A DNA stretch of 26,023 nt from Macrostomum lignano (lineage: Eukaryota): the NCBI GenBank assembly GCA_002269645.1, contig NIVC01002391.1:85989-112011 (forward strand), written 5' to 3'. This document shows, in pieces, positions 8,980 to 20,823 of the stretch (its first letter is position 1; each line of letters begins with the position of its first letter). Both the position numbers and the translations under genes were made by a program. The notes below the pieces were generated by a model, which saw only the letters and a list, made by a program, of their open reading frames with translations, was not told the origin of the DNA and did no database searches.

Positions 8980-9255
8980 ATACCCATGTTTTAAGGGCGT
9001 TAATTGGAAAATCAGAGGGGGTCGTAAGCAGCTAACGTCAAGCGACAGCCTCATTGGAAGTGTCGGCCAGTACACTTTGGAAGTAGCTTGGTGCTGGGGG
9101 AGCTGTGTGGCGGCTAGCCTAATGACTTTCACTCGTAGTCTATGACACCACTTTTGCTTTTACGCACCGCGCTACTCTATTTAGCCCACGGGCAAATTCA
9201 AATATAAAACCAACCGTGTTCCTTTAAGATTTGCCTTGCTCAGCAAGCCGCCAAA

Positions 9256-10301
9256 GCTGAGTGATTTCCCCTGAACTCTTGGATGGCTGAGCGATTCTCC
9301 CTGAACTCTTGGATGGCTGAGCGATTCCCCTGAACTCTTGGATGGCTGAGCGATTCTCCCTGAACTCTTGGATGGCTGAGCGATTCTCCCTGAACTCTTG
9401 GATGGCTGAGCGATTCCCTGAACTCTTGGATGGCTGAGCGATTCCCCTGAACTCTTGGATGGCTGAGCTATTCCACCTGAACTCTTGGATGGCTGAGCGA
9501 TTCTCCCTGAACTCTTGGATGGCTGAGCGATTCTCCCTGAACTCTTGGATGGCTGAGCGATTCTCCCTGAACTCTTGGATGGCTGAGCGATTCTCCCTGA
9601 ACTCTTGGATGGCTGAGCGATTCTCCCTGAACTCTTGGATGGCTGAGCGATTCTCCCTGAACTCTTGGATGGCTGAGCGATTCTCCCTGAACTCTTGGAT
9701 GGCTGAGCGATTCTCCCTGAACTCTTGGATGGCTGAGCGATTCTCCCTGAACTCTTGGATGGCTGAGCGATTCTCCCTGAACTCTTGGATGGCTGAGCGA
9801 TTCTCCCTGAACTCTTGGATGGCTGAGCGATTCCCCTGAACTCTTGGATGGCTGAGCGATTCTCCCTGAACTCTTGGATGGCTGAGCGATTCTCCCTGAA
9901 CTCTTGGATGGCTGAGCGATTCTCCCTGAACTCTTGGATGGCTGAGCGATTCCCCTGAACTCTTGGATGGCTGAGCGATTCCCCTGAACTTGGTGATTGA
10001 GCGATTTCCCCTGAACTCTTGGATGGCTGAGCGATTCCCCCTGAACTTGGGTGATTGAGCGATTTCCCCCTGAACTTGGGTGATTGAGCGATTTCCCCCT
10101 GAACTTGGGTGATTGAGCGATTCCCCCTGAACTTGGGTGATTGAGCGATTCCCCCTGAACTTGGGTGATTGAGCGATTTCCCCCTGAACTTGGGTGATTG
10201 AGCGATTTCCCCCTGAACTTGGGTGATTGAGCGATTTCCCCCTGAACTTGGGTGATTGAGCGATTTCCCCCTGAACTTGGGTGATTGAGCGATTTCCCCC
10301 T
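9256..10301. repeat. Compound 30-bp minisatellite: (TGAACTCTTGGATGGCTGAGCGATTCTCCC)n switching to (TGAACTTGGGTGATTGAGCGATTTCCCCC)n
   Basis: Tandem units read directly. The variant switch occurs around 9985-10045. Confidence 0.97.
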
Positions 10302-10515
10302 TCACTGGTCGCTAACTGGGCTTAATCAAGCAGAATTTTTTACCATATATTTTCAACTTCTCTACTATAGAACAATAGTGTGTTAAACATCTTGCAACCA
10401 AAATAATCCAGATGTGAATCCTTGGAATCTTTAGACTAACTTGATAGAAACTTAATTTCCCCATGATTTGCCTTGGTGTAATTTGTCATTTAAAGCAAAG
10501 CTAGCGAAAACCCGA

Positions 10516-10898
10516 GCATAGACCTGCGAATCAGCATAGACCTGAGCGCTTGTTCAGAATCACCTCTTAAACACCTGAGCGCTTGTTCAGAATCTCCTCA
10601 TAGACACCTGAGTGATTGTTCAGAATCACCTCATAGACACCTGAGCGATTGTTCAGAATCTCCTCATAGACACCTGAGCGATTGTTCAGAATCTCCTCAT
10701 AGACACCTGCGCCCTTGTTCAGAATCACCTCATAGACACCTGAGCGATTGTTCAGAATCTCCTCATAGACACCTGAGTGATTGTTCAGAATCACCTCATA
10801 GACACCTGAGTGATTGTTCAGAATCTCCTCATAGACACCTGAGTGATTGTTCAGAATCTCCTCATAGACACCTGAGTGATTGTTCAGAATCTCCTCAT
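10516..10898. repeat. 33-bp minisatellite (GATTGTTCAGAATCTCCTCATAGACACCTGAGC)n
   Basis: About 10 tandem units with CG/TG and CAC/CTC variants. Confidence 0.95.
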
Positions 10899-12959
10899 TC
10901 CCTCCAGCCTACTTCACGTGCAGTTGCTATATCTAGTAGCCCAATGTCAGTAATTTCCTTCTCATTTGTTGGTTCATCTGTCCCTCATCGCATCTTATTT
11001 AGGAAGTCCCCCATTCTCAAGCATTCTCCATGCTAACCACTTCGAATATTGCAAGGCCAAGACTCAGCCAGTCCCCCCACTGGCCATTAAAAAGCGTCAC
11101 AGGAGAGGACAGTGCCTTGAACTGACCGCCTGTCCTTCAATATCAAGCTCGGCGGGTGCTTCCGAGTTCTGGGGACCGACCCCCTGCCTGTCTGTCTCTC
11201 TCTCCAGATAATTCCCTTGGGCTGGCGAAAGTTCCCTAATGGTACTTCACGTTCAATCTCTCAGCCCTCCTCATGCGCTCAACGGCGGGCATGTAAGGAT
11301 CTTCAAATCTTTCTACTATCCACTACATGTACAGCTGAAATTCATTCTTATGCATTGCGCGGAATTTTGTGTTTTAACCTCACCATCGCCTCACCGTGCC
11401 AGCTGACAAAAGTTCTTTCCTAATCTTGGATCCCTAAATTGAACCGCAGCCCCCCCCCTCATCGGCGCACTTGTCTCTTTTAAAACGGGCGGCTTTGGTG
11501 CGGTCGGAAACTGAAAGGTAAAAGCAGCAGACATGAAAAGCAGAAGAAAGAGAGAGAGAGAGGCCGGCGTGGGCAAGTGGCTACAGAGCGCCTCCTGCCT
11601 CTCTCCCATCTTAAGTTACTTTTAAAATTTCTTCTGTTTTCTTTTCAACTTTCTCCGCCTTGACTGGCTGGGCAGAGAGGGAGAGACGGCAGCACCTGAC
11701 TTTGAACCGATCCGGGGCAAGCGCTTGGGGACACTAGGGAGGGGAGGAGAGATGTCGGAGCCTGAGGAGACAGCCAGGCAGGCAGGCAGGCAGAAAAGAG
11801 GATCCCATCGCGTGGCCGAGGGTAGTGAGGAAAAATTTATTTCAGAATTCCTTTTTTGTATCGCAGTTGTCCTGTATCTATCTTCCCGGATCTGTCTGCC
11901 CCTTCCCATGGACTGTCTCGCCCAATCGGCGATCGTCTTCCCCACTGCCGAGTAGTCCACAGCGAAGACAGCAAGAAAAGAGAAGAATTCGAGCCTCGAG
12001 CCCAGCACCTGGACTATTGCAGAGCGTTTCCAGAGCGATACACAGAGAGAGGAATCCGGTTCGGTCCGCTGATTTCACCTATCTGAGCCGATCCGCGTCA
12101 CCCAAGCAGCATAGTAGGACACAACAATTTATTACCTATCAATCTCCCCGCTTTAACATGCCCTCTGTAGCGCGCGTCAGTCACCACTGTTTACTGCTGC
12201 ATCGGCCAGGAGTGCATTGCGCTGTGTTTGCACTGCATCGGCACTCAGCAGCTCCAATTATCCCCTGCGCCATCCAACTGTTTCTCCAATAGAGCTCCAG
12301 AAATGAGTCAATTCCCAGCGCCTAACCCCTCCCCCCTGAGCAGCCTGAGTGGCCAGTCAGTCAGGTGAATGGGGCAAAACGCAAAAATAAATCGCAAACC
12401 GGGCTACCCCCCCCCCCAGAGCGCGCGCAAAGGCCGGAACACAGGAAAGAAGGACAAGAGGAGTTTTCCTCTCATATTCTCCCTGTCTGACTGACTGCAG
12501 ATCCCCGATCCCTGAGGGCCGGCGATCGTCATCAGACCAGCGGCCAGCGGATGCTGGGGGGGGGGCGCACCTCTATCTTTTCCCCTAATCTCTCTCCCTC
12601 TACCCATAGACCTCTCCGGAGCTGCAATCGGTCGGTGATAAATTTTTCATCTTAATCATCATCGCCATCCTCATCATCCAGCTTCTCTCTCCCCAGCCCG
12701 CAGTATCCAGTCCCAACCATCCCGTGACACTTGACTTATTGCCAAACGGAAGGCAGCGGCTCATTATCTGCTATTGTCACTGGGCGGTTCAGCATCAGCT
12801 GCTGGGGGGGGCATCATAAAAAAGCAAGAAAAATAATAAAAAACACACCCGGATACAAAACCTCTTCGGGCATAAACTGGCATGCCCCAAAGCGGCCGCG
12901 CCCGGGGGTTGAGGCTGAACAAAATTTAAATTAAAACTGAGAAATTCAATACGACTCAA

Positions 12960-13260
12960 ATAGAGGCCAACTGTCGCAAGCGAGTCTGAGGGCGATGAGC
13001 TTGAGGGGGGGGTGCGGCTTCTGATTGGTTGGCTAAGCAAATTGCCAATGCCAGATATCTGATAGTTGGCACCCGAAGTTGACTGCGCGGGCTGCTGATC
13101 AAGGTCTGAGAGGTGCCACAGCGGCAGGCCCCCTTTCTCTCCCGGCCCAATCTGCTCCAGTTCTCTCCCTGATCGGCCACCCCATCAGGAAAGCCCGGCC
13201 AGCCCCCCCCCCCCCAGTAAAAGAGGCGCGGCCCCGCACACACACAAAGCCTGGGAGCGG
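12960..13260 (+). promoter_or_regulatory. Candidate promoter or 5' leader region of the CUB gene
   Basis: CCAAT/ATTGG boxes near 13025, 13046 and 13147, with GC-rich CpG-containing sequence (GGCGCGGCCCCGC) just upstream of the ATG at 13389. The TSS cannot be determined from sequence. Confidence 0.25.
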
Positions 13261-13388
13261 CTTCTTCTCTCAATCGTTCATTTCAAATCCCGCATGCGGA
13301 CATCTGCAAATCCCAGAGGCCCCACGGCACAGCTCGGAGACAGCATCGCCCTATAGTGTCGCCCTCACTCGCCCCCACACTGCCGGCC

Positions 13389-13521
13389 ATGGACAGCTCC
13401 AGTGAGTCCTGCCGACACCGTCGACTCAAAGCCAATCATTCAATGCGGCCTTGGATCCTGCTGCTGCAGCTGCTGGCACTGCTTGGCGACCAGACTGCGG
13501 TCGCTGATGCGCTGCAGAAAG
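13389..13521 (+). CDS. sol-1: SOL-1-like multi-CUB protein, coding exon 1 (signal peptide)
   Basis: MDSSSESCRHRRLKANHSMRPWILLLQLLALLGDQTAVADALQK with a hydrophobic signal-like stretch. Donor AAAG|GTGAGC, phase 1, compatible with exon 2. The true start may be the Met at 13443. Confidence 0.7.
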
Positions 13522-13573
13522 GTGAGCGAATTTCACTCATGAGCCTATGACTTCACTCATCAAGTTACTCATG

Positions 13574-14220
13574 TTAGATGTCTTAGTTAGATTAGTTAGA
13601 AAAGCAGAGGGGCTGTGTGCACCCTGGCGCACTTTAAGCGACGTTGTCACACAACCGGCGAGAGGCATTGCTGCCCATTCCACCGACTCCCCTAAGCAGG
13701 CAGATACGTACGCAGTCATACGCACAGGCACACACAGGAGTGTACAGCTGCCCTAACTTTATCGTTAGGCATGTACACTTCACTGTGCCTTGGGGGTTGG
13801 CCCTCAAGGCCGTTAATTGCACGAGCAGAGCCAAGCCGAGATTCCAATTCAGCCCGAAATTAATGTGACTGCACTTGGAATTGAGCCTGGGCCGCTGGCA
13901 CATCAGACCGCCACTAGGCTACTACAGACCACTAGGCTACTACAGACCACTAGGCTACTACAGACCACTAGGGCTACTACAGACCACTAGGCTACTACAG
14001 ACCACTAGGCTACTACAGACCACTAGGCTACTACAGACCACTAGGGCTACTACAGACCACTAGACTACAACAGACCACTAGGCTACTACAGACCACTAGG
14101 CTACTACAGACCACTAGGCTACTACAGACCACTAGGCTACTACAGACCACTAGGCTACTACAGACCACTAGGCTACTACAGACCACTAGGCTACTACAGA
14201 CCACTAGGCTACGGCCCCCT
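13574..14220 (-). mobile_element. tRNA-derived SINE (family A), copy 1, with tandemly amplified A-box
   Basis: Body 13605-13905 aligns with 18124-18440. Minus-strand head AGGGGGCCG-TAGCCTAGTGG, degenerate B box GGCTCAATTCC (13877-13887), CTAA-rich tail. Possible TSD CAAGTTACTCATG (13561-13573, 14224-14236), ambiguous because the flanks are repetitive. Confidence 0.85.
13911..14212. repeat. 18-bp minisatellite (CCACTAGGCTACTACAGA)n, 17 copies
   Basis: Counted directly. The reverse complement of each unit contains TAGCCTAGTGG. Confidence 0.97.
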
Positions 14221-15070
14221 TCACAAGTTACTCATGACTTCACTCATCAAGTTACTCATGACTTCACTAATCAAGTTGCTGATGAGTTCACTCATAAACA
14301 CATGTATGTGAACTCAAATGAAACGCACTTACCTGAACTAAAGCAGTTGGTCATGAGCAAATAACTCATGACCCAAGACTGAGTGAAAATAGAGGCATCG
14401 ATTTGTGCATGGTTGCATCGTAGCGGCAAAGATGACAGGGGGTGAAAATCGATCAGGGATAATCACCCCAGTCGGCAATTTTATTTGCCGTAGTGGCCTC
14501 TAGCCCAGAACCGGGCAGATCACAGAGAGCGGCTCCGAGAGAGCAACTGCGGAGGTCGGGGGCACAAATCACGCATGCGCCCTGAACGCCATCTGGGAAT
14601 CCCCCCTACTGCAAACATTTCCCCTTCCTCCCCTAGGGGAATGGGGAGGCAGCTGAGCTGCAGTCTGAGCGAACAGACACGACAGAAATGAAATGGATCA
14701 TCATCTTTAATGAAAAAAACTACTGATAGCCTAACCCCCGCCCGCTACAGATCCTTCTGCCTTAATTACACGGTAAGTGGATTAAAAGTCAACACGCAAA
14801 ACGGAGTGCGCCCCAGCCCCCCCGTTCCCTCCGCTGCCTCATCCATTCACAGGTATCCGGTATCTGACTGCAACAGCTCCATCAGCCAGCCAGATTCCCC
14901 CTGAGCAGTCTCCCAAAATTTCCCAAAACTGCATTTTATCTGTACCAGTAGGCTGAGTCGCTGAGTCACGCCAGCTAAAATATTTGATGAAAGGCAGACT
15001 GTATAGTTAGGCTGAGAGAACGATTGTGGGATGACCAGGTGCAGATCGTGCGTGCGGCAGGGCTGAACGG

Positions 15071-15482
15071 AGGCAGCAGGCCAGTGAAGCACCGGTAGGG
15101 AGGGGCAGTAGGCCAGTGAAGCACCGGTGGGGAGGGGCAGCAGGCCAGTGGATCACCGGTGGGGAGGGGCAGATGGCCAGTGAAGCACCGGTGGGGAGGG
15201 GCAGATGGCCAGTGAAGCACCGGTGGGGAGGGCAGCAGGCCAGTGAAGCACCGGTGGAGAGGGCAGCAGGCCAGTGAAGCACCGGTGGAGAGGGGCAGCA
15301 GGCCAGTGAAGCACCGGTGGGGAGGGCAGCAGGCCAGTGAAGCACCGGTGGAGAGGGGCAGCAGGCCAGTGAATCACCGGTGGAGGAGGGACCGCAGGCC
15401 AGTGAAGCACCGGTGGAGGAGGGACCGCAGGCCAGTGAATCACCGGTGGGGAGGGCAGCAGGCCAGTGAAGCACCGGTGGGC
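15071..15482. repeat. About 31-bp minisatellite (GCAGGCCAGTGAAGCACCGGTGGGGAGGGCA)n
   Basis: About 13 tandem units with small length variants. Confidence 0.95.
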
Positions 15483-16410
15483 AGGTGCATCTGAGGCCGA
15501 TAGCCAGAGTGACAATAAAGTCTAGAAACTTTATTCTGTTATAAGAACGCGAAATTGGAGTGGCGGCCCGGACTATTAAAAGTGGACACTGCTATGCAGC
15601 TCAGGGACTGGCAGTGCATATTTCAGACAGGTCAAACTCTACATTTAATGCTCGGCAAGTCTCGAGCGCGGAAACAATTCCCAAGCGGCTGCCGCCCGAA
15701 GCGAGTGAGGATAAAACTCCCAGCCTACGCTCCATTTAATCTCGCATTTTTGCCGCGGCTCGGGCCTCATTTATCACCTGTCACACGCTATCAGGGGAGA
15801 CGGACAAGATGAGCGTGGGCCGGAGGATTCTGGCTTCTGCGTCTTAAGTCTGTAATCCTGCAGCATCCCCGATACTCCATCTCTTTATTTCTCTCTGATG
15901 CTTGTAATGGAAATTGTTTCGCCGTTAAAAGAATGTTTTATAAAACTGCAAACTGAGTTTTTCAAGTGTTCAATCTGCCTGGCATACTGCTCTGGTCAGG
16001 GGCAACCATCTATCTTGGTCAGTTCGCCATCATCAGATTCGATTCTGAGCTCATTCTTGGCGGCATTTTTTGCACGCCAAGCGAACATCCATCTGGCCGA
16101 GGAAGGACTCAGCCTGAGGCTGGGGAACTCTTGAAGAAAGGAAAGCAAAAGGGACAGAATCCTTTCTGCTGGCGGGTCACGGGAATTTGTCCTCCATAGT
16201 CGCTAATCCGGTGCCAGCTTTGCCGAGAAAGGCGGCTCTCTGCGACCTACCACTCCCTGCAATGCATTCTTAATGCCTGAGCTGCTCAGCTCTGGCATAC
16301 AGCTGATCCGATCTCTCAGTCTGAATGCTTGGAAATGTAGTTAGCCATGGACTGAGCAGCGAGCTTTTGTACTCAATCGTTCACGGGCTGGAAATGGGAA
16401 GTTAGATTGA

Positions 16411-16523
16411 AGTCAGTCAGTCAGTCGGTCAGTCAGTCAGTCAGTCAGTCAGTCAGTCAGTCAGTTAGTCAGTCAGTCAGTCAGTCAGTCAGTCAGTCAG
16501 TCAGTCAGTCAGTCAGTCAGTCA

Positions 16524-16566
<43 letters not shown>

Positions 16567-16607
16567 AGTCAGTCAGTCAGTCAGTCAGTCAGTCAGTCAG
16601 TCAGTCA

Positions 16608-16639
<32 letters not shown>

Positions 16640-16742
16640 TAGTGTCCGTCTGTCTGTCTTAGTGTCTGTCTGTCTGTCTTAGTGTCTGTCTGTCTGTCTT
16701 AGTGTCTGTCTGTCTGTCTGTCTGTCTGTGTGTCTGTCTGTG

Positions 16743-16791
<49 letters not shown>

Positions 16792-16794
16792 TAG

Positions 16795-16839
<45 letters not shown>

Positions 16840-16848
16840 GCGTGTCTT

Positions 16849-16887
<39 letters not shown>

Positions 16888-16890
16888 TAG

Positions 16891-16939
<49 letters not shown>

Positions 16940-16970
16940 TAGTGTCTGTCTGTCTGTCTTAGTGTCTGTG

Positions 16971-17009
<39 letters not shown>

Positions 17010-17010
17010 G

Positions 17011-17049
<39 letters not shown>

Positions 17050-17062
17050 GTGTCTGTCTGTG

Positions 17063-17107
<45 letters not shown>

Positions 17108-17120
17108 TAGTGTCTGTCTT

Positions 17121-17183
<63 letters not shown>

Positions 17184-17186
17184 TAG

Positions 17187-17235
<49 letters not shown>

Positions 17236-17266
17236 TAGTGTCTGTCTGTCTGTCTTAGTGTCTGTG

Positions 17267-17303
<37 letters not shown>

Positions 17304-17346
17304 TTCTGTCTGTCTGTCTTTCTGCCTGTCTGTCTGTCTGTCTGTC
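16411..17346. repeat. Compound microsatellite (AGTC)n followed by (TGTC)n with recurrent TTAG interruptions
   Basis: (AGTC)n to about 16608, then (TCTG)n to 17346. Confidence 0.98.
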
Positions 17347-18110
17347 CTGACTAGCAGATCGCATTATTACTCAGCGCTCCAATTATTTGTATCAGACCGC
17401 CAGACCCAACAGCTAACAACGGGCCATAAATCATGCTTTGAGGACGCCAAACAGGCGGCTGCAGTAAAACCGGCTCTGACCCAATCCCGCAAACATGAAC
17501 TTCTTTTTCCGTCCTCTTTCTGTCTCGCTCCGCTTCTGAGCGACCTTCCAGCACTTCGGGGTCGCTGACTGAAATATTAAAATAATTTGTTACCAGGTGC
17601 AACATCGATTTTCTAGCTAATTTCTCTTGGGAGTTTACTGCCGACAATTCAGGTCAGGGCAGGATCAGGGTTTGGAGTTAGGGTTATTGTCAGAGTCTTA
17701 TCATTTACCATAGTTTTACCAGTTTTACCATAGACAAGTCTTTCACACCGGTCAATTTAACACACCTTTGATTGGATTGATTTGATTGGACGAGAGATGG
17801 GGTGGGTGAACTTGGGCAGAGAGTATGATGTACAACAACAACAACAACAGAGTACGCTGTCAGTTCGCAAAAGCAGCGTCAGATGGCTCGCTTCGAAGCT
17901 TGGGCGCGAACAAAGGCCGCACCGCCGGCAGAGTCCGGGGCGCCGGCGTCAGCCAGCAGACGTACATGGGTTACATGATGTACATTGGTTAAGCGCGGCG
18001 AGGAACAGTTGAATTGACAATCAGATAAGAAAATGGGCGACTCTACGACGTATAACTTAGTCATAAACTTTTAATTAGTTGAATAAAAGCATAGCAGTGT
18101 GCCTGCTCTT

Positions 18111-18473
18111 TTTTTTTATTAGAGGCAGGGGGGTTGTGTGCACCCTGGCGCACTTTAAGCGACATAGGCACACAACCGGCGAGAGGCATTACTGCCCATT
18201 CCGCCGACTCCCCTGAGCAGGCATACAAGCGCGCGGATACGTACGCAGGCACACACTCACACAGGAGTGTACAGCGGCCCTAACTTTATATTATCGTTAG
18301 GCATGTACACTTCACTGCGCCTTGGGGGGGTTGGCTCTCAAGGCCGTTAATTGCACGAGCAGAGCCAAGCCGAGATTCCAATTCAGCCCCAAATTAATGT
18401 GGCTGCACTTGGAATCGAGCCTGGATCGCTGGCACACCAGAGCCTGCGCTAGACCGCTGGGCTACGGCCCCCT
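18111..18473 (-). mobile_element. tRNA-derived SINE (family A), copy 2, intact, with poly(A) tail and 14-bp TSD
   Basis: Minus strand: A box TAGCCCAGCGG (18454-18464), B box GGCTCGATTCC (18411-18421), tail AATAAAAAAAA. TSD GTGTGCCTGCTCTT at 18097-18110 and 18474-18487. Confidence 0.93.
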
Positions 18474-20117
18474 GTGTGCCTGCTCTTATCAATTGGAAAA
18501 AATCTGCGCTGTAGTCACTGCATGGTGTAATAATGGCCGTTTTGACTTGTCATTGGCTCTCCGAAAATTGGTTTTGACCTTCTTATACATGTACCTTCTA
18601 CTTTAAATGAGGGTTTTGCCATAGACAAATTTGGTAAAGAAAAATCCGGTTTCTGAGAAATTTCAACATAAAATGATTAGCTAAGGCCTGCTTTATCAGG
18701 AACTGCTATGGTTTATTCTGGCACTGCTATAGTATAGGCAATATTACCAGCACTGCAGAAACGAGCAGGTAATCTGATAATTTAGTCTGAAAGCTGTAGA
18801 AACATCATTTCTGAGGAAGCAAGGCAGTACAGCCAGACAGGAAGGCAGGACTCGGATTTCCAATCATGCTCCAAAGTCTCCACTGTCCCAGTACCCTTTT
18901 TCTGCTTTCAGAAGCGAGCAACAGGATGCATGGCGGGCAGGTGTTGCAAAGCACAATGGCAGTCGGTTTTTATATATTTGCAGTCGGCTTGCCTCAATGC
19001 ATTAACACCCAGCCTCGGTTCGCCATCTCTAATTAGCGCTAGCAGGTGCAGTGGATACGAGCAATGTATTAGGAATGACAAAAACTAGGATAAGAAATTA
19101 GACTAATGGATAGGAATAGTGTACTCTCGGTTTCTCGAACGAACTCGGATATTTGGGATAACTCAGTCTTCGCACTGGGAGCTTTGTCACGCGTGACCCA
19201 GACAGTCCAGATGGCAACCGCTTGAGCAGTGTTTGATAACGGCCAGCTTCCGTCAGAGAGGACAAGTGCTGAGAACTTTTTCTAGCTCTCGGCTCGGCTC
19301 TGTCTCCGTCTCTACCCAGCTCCATCACGATAAGCTCAAACTTAGCGGAAATAAATGGAATTGAAGTTTTGTACAAATAAAGCTGGACAAGCTGCTTCTC
19401 ACTCTTGTCGCCAAGCCACTTCACTCTCCCCTCCCCTCCAGTTCCTCTCAATCTCCATCTGCTCTGCCTGGCGTAAGTAATTGGCGCGCCGACTGTTTGA
19501 GCACGAAATCGGCTTTAAAAAAACTCAGTCCTACAGCCTCGACAAGTTCTCTCGGCTCGAACTGCGAGAGAGCTCATGCATGGGCCCTAAGGGATCACAA
19601 GGTGAAAGTGCATTCGCAACGCCAAACTTGTGGGGTTACTTCATATTTGTTTACCATTTACAAGGTACAAAGGTAACTGGTCATTTCGACCCTACAAAAA
19701 CAAGAATAGACAACAAAATACGCTATTTGTCGATGTCTCCAGAAATCGGAGTTTTTTAGTTTAAGGAAGCGGCAGCATTATTCCTTCTGCATTGCTGTTA
19801 TTGTGACCGTACTAGGAATACCAGAATTAACCACAACAGTTCCTGATGAAGCAGGTCTTTGCTAATCGTTTTTTATTGAAAACGTTTGATAAGAACTGAC
19901 ATAAGCTTGTGACTATAGACAGCTGAAGTTGAAGGGCGCTTGCACTCGATTTTCTTAGAAATTATATTAGTTGTTTCTTAGAAATAGGATTTTTCTTAAG
20001 TTACATAAAATACAGTGACGTCATCTCATTGGGAGTTTAAGTTAATAAATAGCTAGCAGGTGTCCCTCTTATACATCATCAGCAATGAATAAAGCTAGGT
20101 CAATTAAATGATTTCAG

Positions 20118-20307
20118 ACTGCAGGTGCTTCAGGTTCACCGGAGCCGCGGTCAGCGAGGGCAGCCTCGGCCAGTTCAAATCGCCCATGTTTCCCAGAGCC
20201 TATCCGCTCTCAGTCAGCTGCCTCCTGTACGTTTTTGTGGCTGCCGACAATCAGATTGTGCGACTCAAGTTTGAACGCTTCGAGCTCAAACCGAGGATTG
20301 ACGGCCG
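20118..20307 (+). CDS. sol-1: SOL-1-like multi-CUB protein, exon 2 (CUB1 first half)
   Basis: TTTCAG|AC...CG|GTGAGA, phases 1 and 2. DCRCFRFTGAAVSEGSLGQFKSPMFPRAYPLSVSCLLYVFVAADNQIVRLKFERFELKPRIDGR shows the CUB G-x-F-x-SP-x-[FY]P-x-x-YP-x-x-x-x-C motif. The CLLYxF-A...IV-L-F wording is typical of invertebrate SOL-1 proteins as I recall them. Confidence 0.9.
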
Positions 20308-20463
20308 GTGAGAAATAGTGGGAGAAATTAGGGATTGGGATTGACTAGTCAGGCCCATTCCGTTGACCTCTGAGCACGTACACGAAGGCACAAGCTCACA
20401 CTTTCTCACCATCAGGTATGTACACTCTGTGCCTTGAGGTGCGGTCTTCGGAATCGAAGCCAT

Positions 20464-20823
20464 AGTGGGATGGGTATAGGAGTGAGGTGGGTGTAGGAGT
20501 GAGGTGGGTGTAGGAGTGAGGTGGGTGTAGGAGTGGGGTGGGTTTAGGAGTGGGATGGGTGTAGAAGTGAGGCGGGTGTAGGAGTGAGGTGGGTGTAGGA
20601 GTGAGGTGGATGTGGGAGTGAGGTGGGTGTGGGAGTGAGGTGGGTGCAGGAGTGAGGTGGGTGTGGGAGTGAGGTGGGTGCAAGAGTGAGGTGGGTGCAG
20701 GAGTGAGGTGGGTGTGGGAGTGAGGTGGGTGCAAGAGTGAGGTGGGTGCAGGAGTGAGGTGGGTGTGGGAGTGAGGTGGGTGCAAGAGTGAGGTGGGTGC
20801 AGGAGTGAGGTGGGTGGGTGGGG
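20464..20823. repeat. 17-bp G-rich minisatellite (GGAGTGAGGTGGGTGTA)n, array 1
   Basis: About 20 units, including a 51-bp higher-order trimer repeated near 20645-20810. Confidence 0.96.

Noticed and set aside
9181-10305. 374-aa minus-strand ORF and 126-aa plus-strand ORF
   Set aside because: Both are translations of a 30-bp stop-free minisatellite, with no domain or splice support.
11725-11955. 76-aa ORF with a short hydrophobic stretch upstream of the CUB gene
   Set aside because: No recognisable family and no convincing splice link to exon 1. More likely leader or intergenic sequence.
15007-15515. Several overlapping 80-155-aa ORFs
   Set aside because: They are translations of the 31-bp minisatellite in multiple frames.
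16407-17568. SQSV, CLSV and RQTD repeat ORFs
   Set aside because: Tetranucleotide microsatellite read-through.
17660-17690. TTAGGG telomere-like sequence
   Set aside because: Only one exact hexamer, not an array.
18790-18960. Possible LINE C-terminal fragment (ETLEH-like) on the minus strand
   Set aside because: Too short and lacks the expected cysteine spacing, so it cannot be supported without a search.
19116-19570. Pogo/Tigger-like TIR-resembling sequence (CTCGG..TCTCGAAC)
   Set aside because: I could not find a matching inverted end or a TA TSD.
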